Positions 58,796-64,000 of a DNA stretch of 64,000 nt are shown one piece after another. The stretch is from Gekko japonicus (taxonomy: Eukaryota), in contig NW_015170912.1 of NCBI RefSeq assembly GCF_001447785.1, positions 414,977 through 478,976 of the forward strand, written 5' to 3'. How positions within the stretch are numbered: the stretch's first letter is position 1; each line of letters begins with the position of its first letter. The position numbers and the translations under genes are program-made. The notes beneath the pieces are model-generated. The model was not told the DNA's origin. It did not search any database and saw only the letters and a program-made list of their open reading frames with translations.

Positions 58796-61700
58796 CTGTG
58801 CATAACAAGCAGACAAAATACACAAAGCTACAATGCACACTGAAGCCAGTAATGAGCAAAACTGCCACGCCACTGATTATTAATGAAATGCGTCTCACTG
58901 CAAAAAGTGGCAAAGGCTTTGATTTAGTAGGCCGCTGAAGCAAGCATCCTGTGCTTCCCCATTAAATTTTTACCAGTTCTATGAAGCAGAAAGGAGGAAG
59001 TATGCTTATGGAAAAGAATAATGTCATTGACTATAATAGGAGCAGTCAGAATGTGATCAGAACTTGATATTAAGAAGGAAGTGTAGTTATTGCTAAAACC
59101 CAATAGCTGTGTATGATATCTTCTGTTTTCTCCTGGTATGATCTTGTAATCCAATAATATGTCTTGCCATTACACTGAGGATTTTCTCGCAACAACACTA
59201 AATACTTTGTGATGGGAAGGAGGAGTCAAAAAGCCTCATGTTTTCACACGTATCACACTTCCTCAATAACATCTAATTCCAGTCTTTCTGCTAGACTTCT
59301 ATTATGATTGCCATCCTATGTACACTTACTTGGGAGCAAGTCCCACTGAACTCAGTGAAATGCACTCCTAAGTGAGCCTATTTAGGATCAATGGTAAAAA
59401 TAATTTTTCCAAATATGATAACTGAAAGTTTAATTCATTGTATATCAGTTATATCATCCGTTATGTATTAAAAATCAGAAATATTTCTATGAACTACCTT
59501 GAAACCAAGAAATATATGGAGGCCCAGTTTGCCTGCTGAATACACTTCTAAAAAACGGTTTTGTCAGAAGAATCTAAGCAACATAAAAATGAAAAAGGTT
59601 TAACACAAAGGCAAATCTAGGACATTTGCAATGTAGCGTTGTCTCTCTGTAGAGAAAATGCAGCACAGTTTGCCAGTCCACATTGGTTTGGTTCACAAGG
59701 GTAGACACAAGAAAGCACAGCAGAGGCACAAAAACCCATACTGGGCACATCATTCAGTATCCTAATTGTTATTTATGTATAAGGAATCTTGTTTTTGGAT
59801 CCTATGGCTGAAGAAATTGGATGGAAAGTATGTGAGCATGACAGCAGGATGCACTGCCTGACAGCATTTTAAAAACCAGATGAGAACTGAGCAGGATTTT
59901 CAGTGATGAAGACTGGGGTTTCAACCTTCTCCATAACTTATTGTTTGTTCCCATGACTAGCTAAAGGGGAATAAATTACTTGATGTAAGAACTTTATGTG
60001 TCCTTTTGTTTACTTTGCATACTTTATATACTGCAGTTTTAAGCTTTTTACAGAATTTTGTACATGCACATAGTTACAGCTAAAACTATAATTTGGAGGA
60101 TATGGGTTAATCAGTACTATGTAGATATGCTAGGATAGGATCCTTCCATGAGCAATGGAATTAAACAGGACTAGGAATTAACTAAATAATAACTAGGATT
60201 CTTCAGGAGAGATTTACATAGTTACGAAAAAATTGTGGCACAGATTGTTCAGATGTGCTCCACTTAAAAAGATCTTTTTTTTTTTTTAACAAATTAGATG
60301 TCCTTGTATGTGGAAAACTAGAAGGCCAGGAAAGGGACTCTATCCTAATGTATTAGTTTTGTATGAATCAGCAGAGCATTTAAATTGGCAGTTCTACTGC
60401 CTACAAACCGAAATGGTGCTAATTCAGAAAAAAAGGGGTTGGACACCCTTCCTAACTATGAGGATCAACTCTGACTATTTAAGACTATTGTGCTGAATTA
60501 AAGAAAAGTTCAGGCTTTTCATGACTAATAATCAACCTCCTAATACTACCAAGTGGTATCACAAAAGCAACGCTACACTGCTGTCAATGGGACTTGTGTT
60601 TAGGACAGACACTGTTTGAAGTCAGGATCCGAGTCAAGTTAACCTCATAAAATCATGTTCTATTTCAGTTACATTTTCAAAGTTAACTTCATCCAGTTTT
60701 AGAAGTTATATGGAATGAGGAATTGGAGAAAGAGTATATGATGACTTATTGCAAGATGACTTATTGTCTTCATTGCTGCAATGAGTTTTAATTAATTTTA
60801 GCTTATCTGAATATCACTAAGTGCACAGAACAGAAGTGGCAAAGCAAACAGCAGCAGAAAAAAAACTATATAGTCCAGCTCTTGTGTTTTTGTATCCTGG
60901 TACAATGGAAAGCCTTGCAATCAATTTAGGTCACACTTGGACACAGGAAGCTGCCTTATACTGAATCACACCATTGGCCCATCAAGGTCCATTGTCTACT
61001 CAGACTGGCAGCAGCTCTCCAAGGTCCCAGGGTGAGGTGTTACCTGGTACTTTTACACTGGAGGGGCCAGGGTTTGAACCTGGGACCATTCTGCATGTCA
61101 AGCAGAGGCTCTACCACTGAGCCATGGCCCCTCCCCTAGGTTCAACTAAGCCAATGGCAAATATCTTTGGTCCTTTACAAACATCAAAAGAACATTTTCA
61201 AGGAATTAAAGACTGGACTGCCACACAATTTTTTAAAGGTTAAGACGTTTGTTTTGAAAATACTGTTTTTACTTGCAAAATATCATTGTGCCTCTGGTAT
61301 ACATCACTGTTTTACCCCAAATGAGTTTGTCTGGGCTAACTACTGGACTTCAGTGTAACCAGAATATCTAACTGTCTTACACTCTATCAATAAATACCCA
61401 TTGAAAGAGTGAGAGATGCATCCTGTAATGACACAAACTATTTTACCTTGGCCCAACAAAGTTATATATGCTGATGCAAACAACTTCCACATAAACATCC
61501 TCTCCTAGACTGGCCAGTAAAGGCATTAAATCAGATGTACCGGAATAAGGAGGCAGTTTCTTTGCATACTGTATTTCTTTAAATGAAACACATAAATTCA
61601 GGGTTGCATTTAAACATATACCATCCAATTGAACTGCAAATTATTTTAAACTGTGATCACAGCTAGACCACAGCATCCAACTTTACCCTGAAAAGGTTAA

Positions 61701-62853
61701 AGCAGGACTCCCCAGGGTGTTGCCTTTAGGCACCACAGCACCCAACAATAATCCCTGGCTCCTGACAGGCTTTTCAGAAAGTAGGTGGGGCTGCTGTAAG
61801 GCAGGGTTTATAATTTGCAGCCATCATTCAAATGAAAAGGCTTTTAATGGCCACAACAGCAGGTTTTGAAGAATCCGGAGGACTGGACAGTTAAGTATTC
61901 CCTCTTCAGGCTTTCCTTCTTTTTATCTATCATCTTTCTTCCATCCTCCCCATTGGCTTTCTTCATTTATTTATTATTCCTGTTCTGTGGTTTGTTGGCA
62001 GCAAGGAAGGAGGTATTTGGCATGGTTCCAACTCCTGTGGTAGCCATTTTGGGTTTGGAACTCATTACATCCTCCAAAAATTCCAAACGTGCCCCCAGGA
62101 TCAAAAAGCTTGAGGACCCATGGGTTAAAGCATGGGAAAGATTAGTCTGCATTAACCAAGTGAACCCTAGAGGATGCCCTGCCTACACGGGACTCCAAAG
62201 ATCTTTGTGCATGTTTCTGTCCATTACACATTTAGATTAGAGTGCTGGTGCTGTGTAGTGGTTAGAGTTCTGGACTAGGAAGCAGCGAGACCTAGGTTCA
62301 AATTCCCTCTCAGCCAAGAAGCTAACTGGGTGATGTTGGGCCCTATGACCCTCTCTCAGTCTAATCTACTTCACAGGGTTGTTGTGAGTACTATTTTGTA
62401 GGAGAACCCAGCCCACTGCCCTGCATGTAGAATTGAAGTGTGGCAGATATTTATCCTGCTCTTTGACTAAGAAGACACAGGCAGATACGTGGCCCTCTCC
62501 TCCTCCATTTTATTCCTACTCCACCCTTTGAGGAATTTTAGGCTGACTAAATGTATAGCCCAAAATTTAAATGGAAAATTGAACCCGAGTCATATTCAGA
62601 CACTTCTGTATCACACTCTGTCTTCTGCTTGTGCCCAATCATATTCATGCACAAGAGATCTTTCACCCATCTTCACTTTTGACTGCATTTTCTCACACTG
62701 CAGGTGAAGCTGTTCCCAAGAGTCCTCCTGAATTTCCAGATCAGCTTTTCAGGGATACCAGGACAGTAGTGAGATGGGATCTGAGCAGCCCCAGTATGTC
62801 CTACAGATATCTTGTATGCTGACCTGAATCTTGCTCATTGGGTTGGATACTAT

Positions 62854-63285
62854 GGCCCTGTCCATACGAGGCGGTTTGGGCCGGGAGGGGGACGGAACGG
62901 GGGCGGAGCAAACGGGCGCGATCCCACGGCAACATCTGGGAATCGGTGCCTGCCCGTCCCTGTTCCGTCCCAAACGGCGATACCGCGCTGTAAAAAAGAA
63001 CCACCTACCTAGGTGGTTGTATCCCTTCCAGCGCTGCAAGCCGGGCCGTGGGATTGGGCGGCGCGTCCTTGCGCCACCGCATCCCGGCCCCCGGCCGTAC
63101 TGCGCATGCTTGAGCATGCACAGTTCGGCAGCCTCCCCCTCCCATCGGACTTTCCTCCCTGGCATCTGATCGTGCTGGGGAGCGATGCGCCGCGGCTGAG
63201 GGGATCCGTGGGATCCCGCCGCGGCGTCTCAAGTTCGGTGCGGCTCTGCTTAGCCGCGTTTCAGCCGTCCCGTGTGGCAGCAGCC
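62854..63285. mobile_element. CpG-rich Harbinger-like MITE
   Basis: Ends GGCCCTGTCCATACG / CGTGTGGCAGCAGCC resemble family H; TSD not clean. Confidence 0.55.
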
Positions 63286-63444
63286 AAAGACTGTCTTCCA
63301 CCAAGTCTTGTCTTCTTTCAACAGAAAAAGACTTGCTTCACCAGAGAAAGATTGTTCTCCATAAGAGAAAGTCTGTCTTGTGAAAGAAAACTTAGCAGAA
63401 GAAAATTATAGGATCCACATGGAGCTCCCCACCCCCCACCCCCG

Positions 63445-63690
63445 CTTTCATACTATGAGTCCTTTCATACTATGAGTCCTAGGATCTTTCATACTTTGAG
63501 TCCTAGGATCCAACTCATGGTATTTTTTTATGTTTCCTAAATAGAAGATGGTTGGCTTTCATACTTTCATACTATGAGTCCTAGGATCTTTTATACTATG
63601 AGTCCTAGGATCCAACTTTCATACTATGAGTCCTAGGATCCAACTCATGGTATTTTTTTATGTTTCCTAAATAGAAGATGGTTGGCTTTC
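63445..63690. repeat. Complex tandem repeat of TTTCATACTATGAGTCCTAGGATC with a ~130-bp higher-order duplication
   Basis: At least 6 partial or full units; CAACTCATGG...GTTGGCTTTC occurs twice. Confidence 0.85.
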
Positions 63691-64000
63691 CATATAAATA
63701 AGAATATAGGAAAAGATGCCATTAATTACATCAGAAAACATATGCCATACTATATGTTAAAACTACAAGAAAACCCATAGGTTAAATAGGTTAGGTAGAT
63801 TTAATTTTGAAGAGAACATAAATCAGGGATCCAGTAACTTTGAGTAAGTCTAAGGGAAAAGCACAGGGAAAAGAAGGTTAGAGCATTTCAGTCTATTAAA
63901 AGTCTAAAACAGAAATATGTAACAAAAGCAGCATGCAAGATCTCTTCTGGAGAGAAGTATTTTCTCTACAGATAAATTAAATTACAATCAAATGTTCAAT

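Noticed and set aside
63445-63690. CRISPR-like repeat array
   Set aside because: Eukaryotic intron, no unique regular spacers, no cas genes

Overview
Vertebrate genomic DNA from a squamate reptile, most likely a gecko (inferred from Sauria, 5S-Sauria and Squam3-type SINEs). The window is the region syntenic with the human UFSP2-CFAP96(C4orf47)-CCDC110-PDLIM3 cluster. It holds a CpG-island bidirectional promoter (~0.8-1.7 kb) with the probable first exon of UFSP2 (-). It also holds the complete CFAP96 gene (+, 7 coding exons, 310 aa), the complete CCDC110 gene (-, 7 coding exons, ~863 aa, ambiguous 3' end) and the 3' two-thirds of PDLIM3/ALP (-, with its muscle-specific alternative exons; the PDZ exons lie beyond 64000). 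Introns are dense with CR1, L2, RTE and Penelope fragments, SINEs, a solo LTR, a probable Helitron and many hAT and Harbinger MITEs with readable target-site duplications (TSDs). I found no wholly new protein-coding system. The most interesting signals are regulatory or RNA-level: a MITE carrying a palindromic ETS-CRE/Sp1/YY1 cassette, a Penelope-derived minimal hammerhead ribozyme, an octamer-carrying hAT MITE family, paired X-box+CRE modules, a candidate internal PDLIM3 promoter, and several competing CCDC110 terminal exons. All calls were made by eye; gene and repeat names come from recalled family knowledge, not from database searches.
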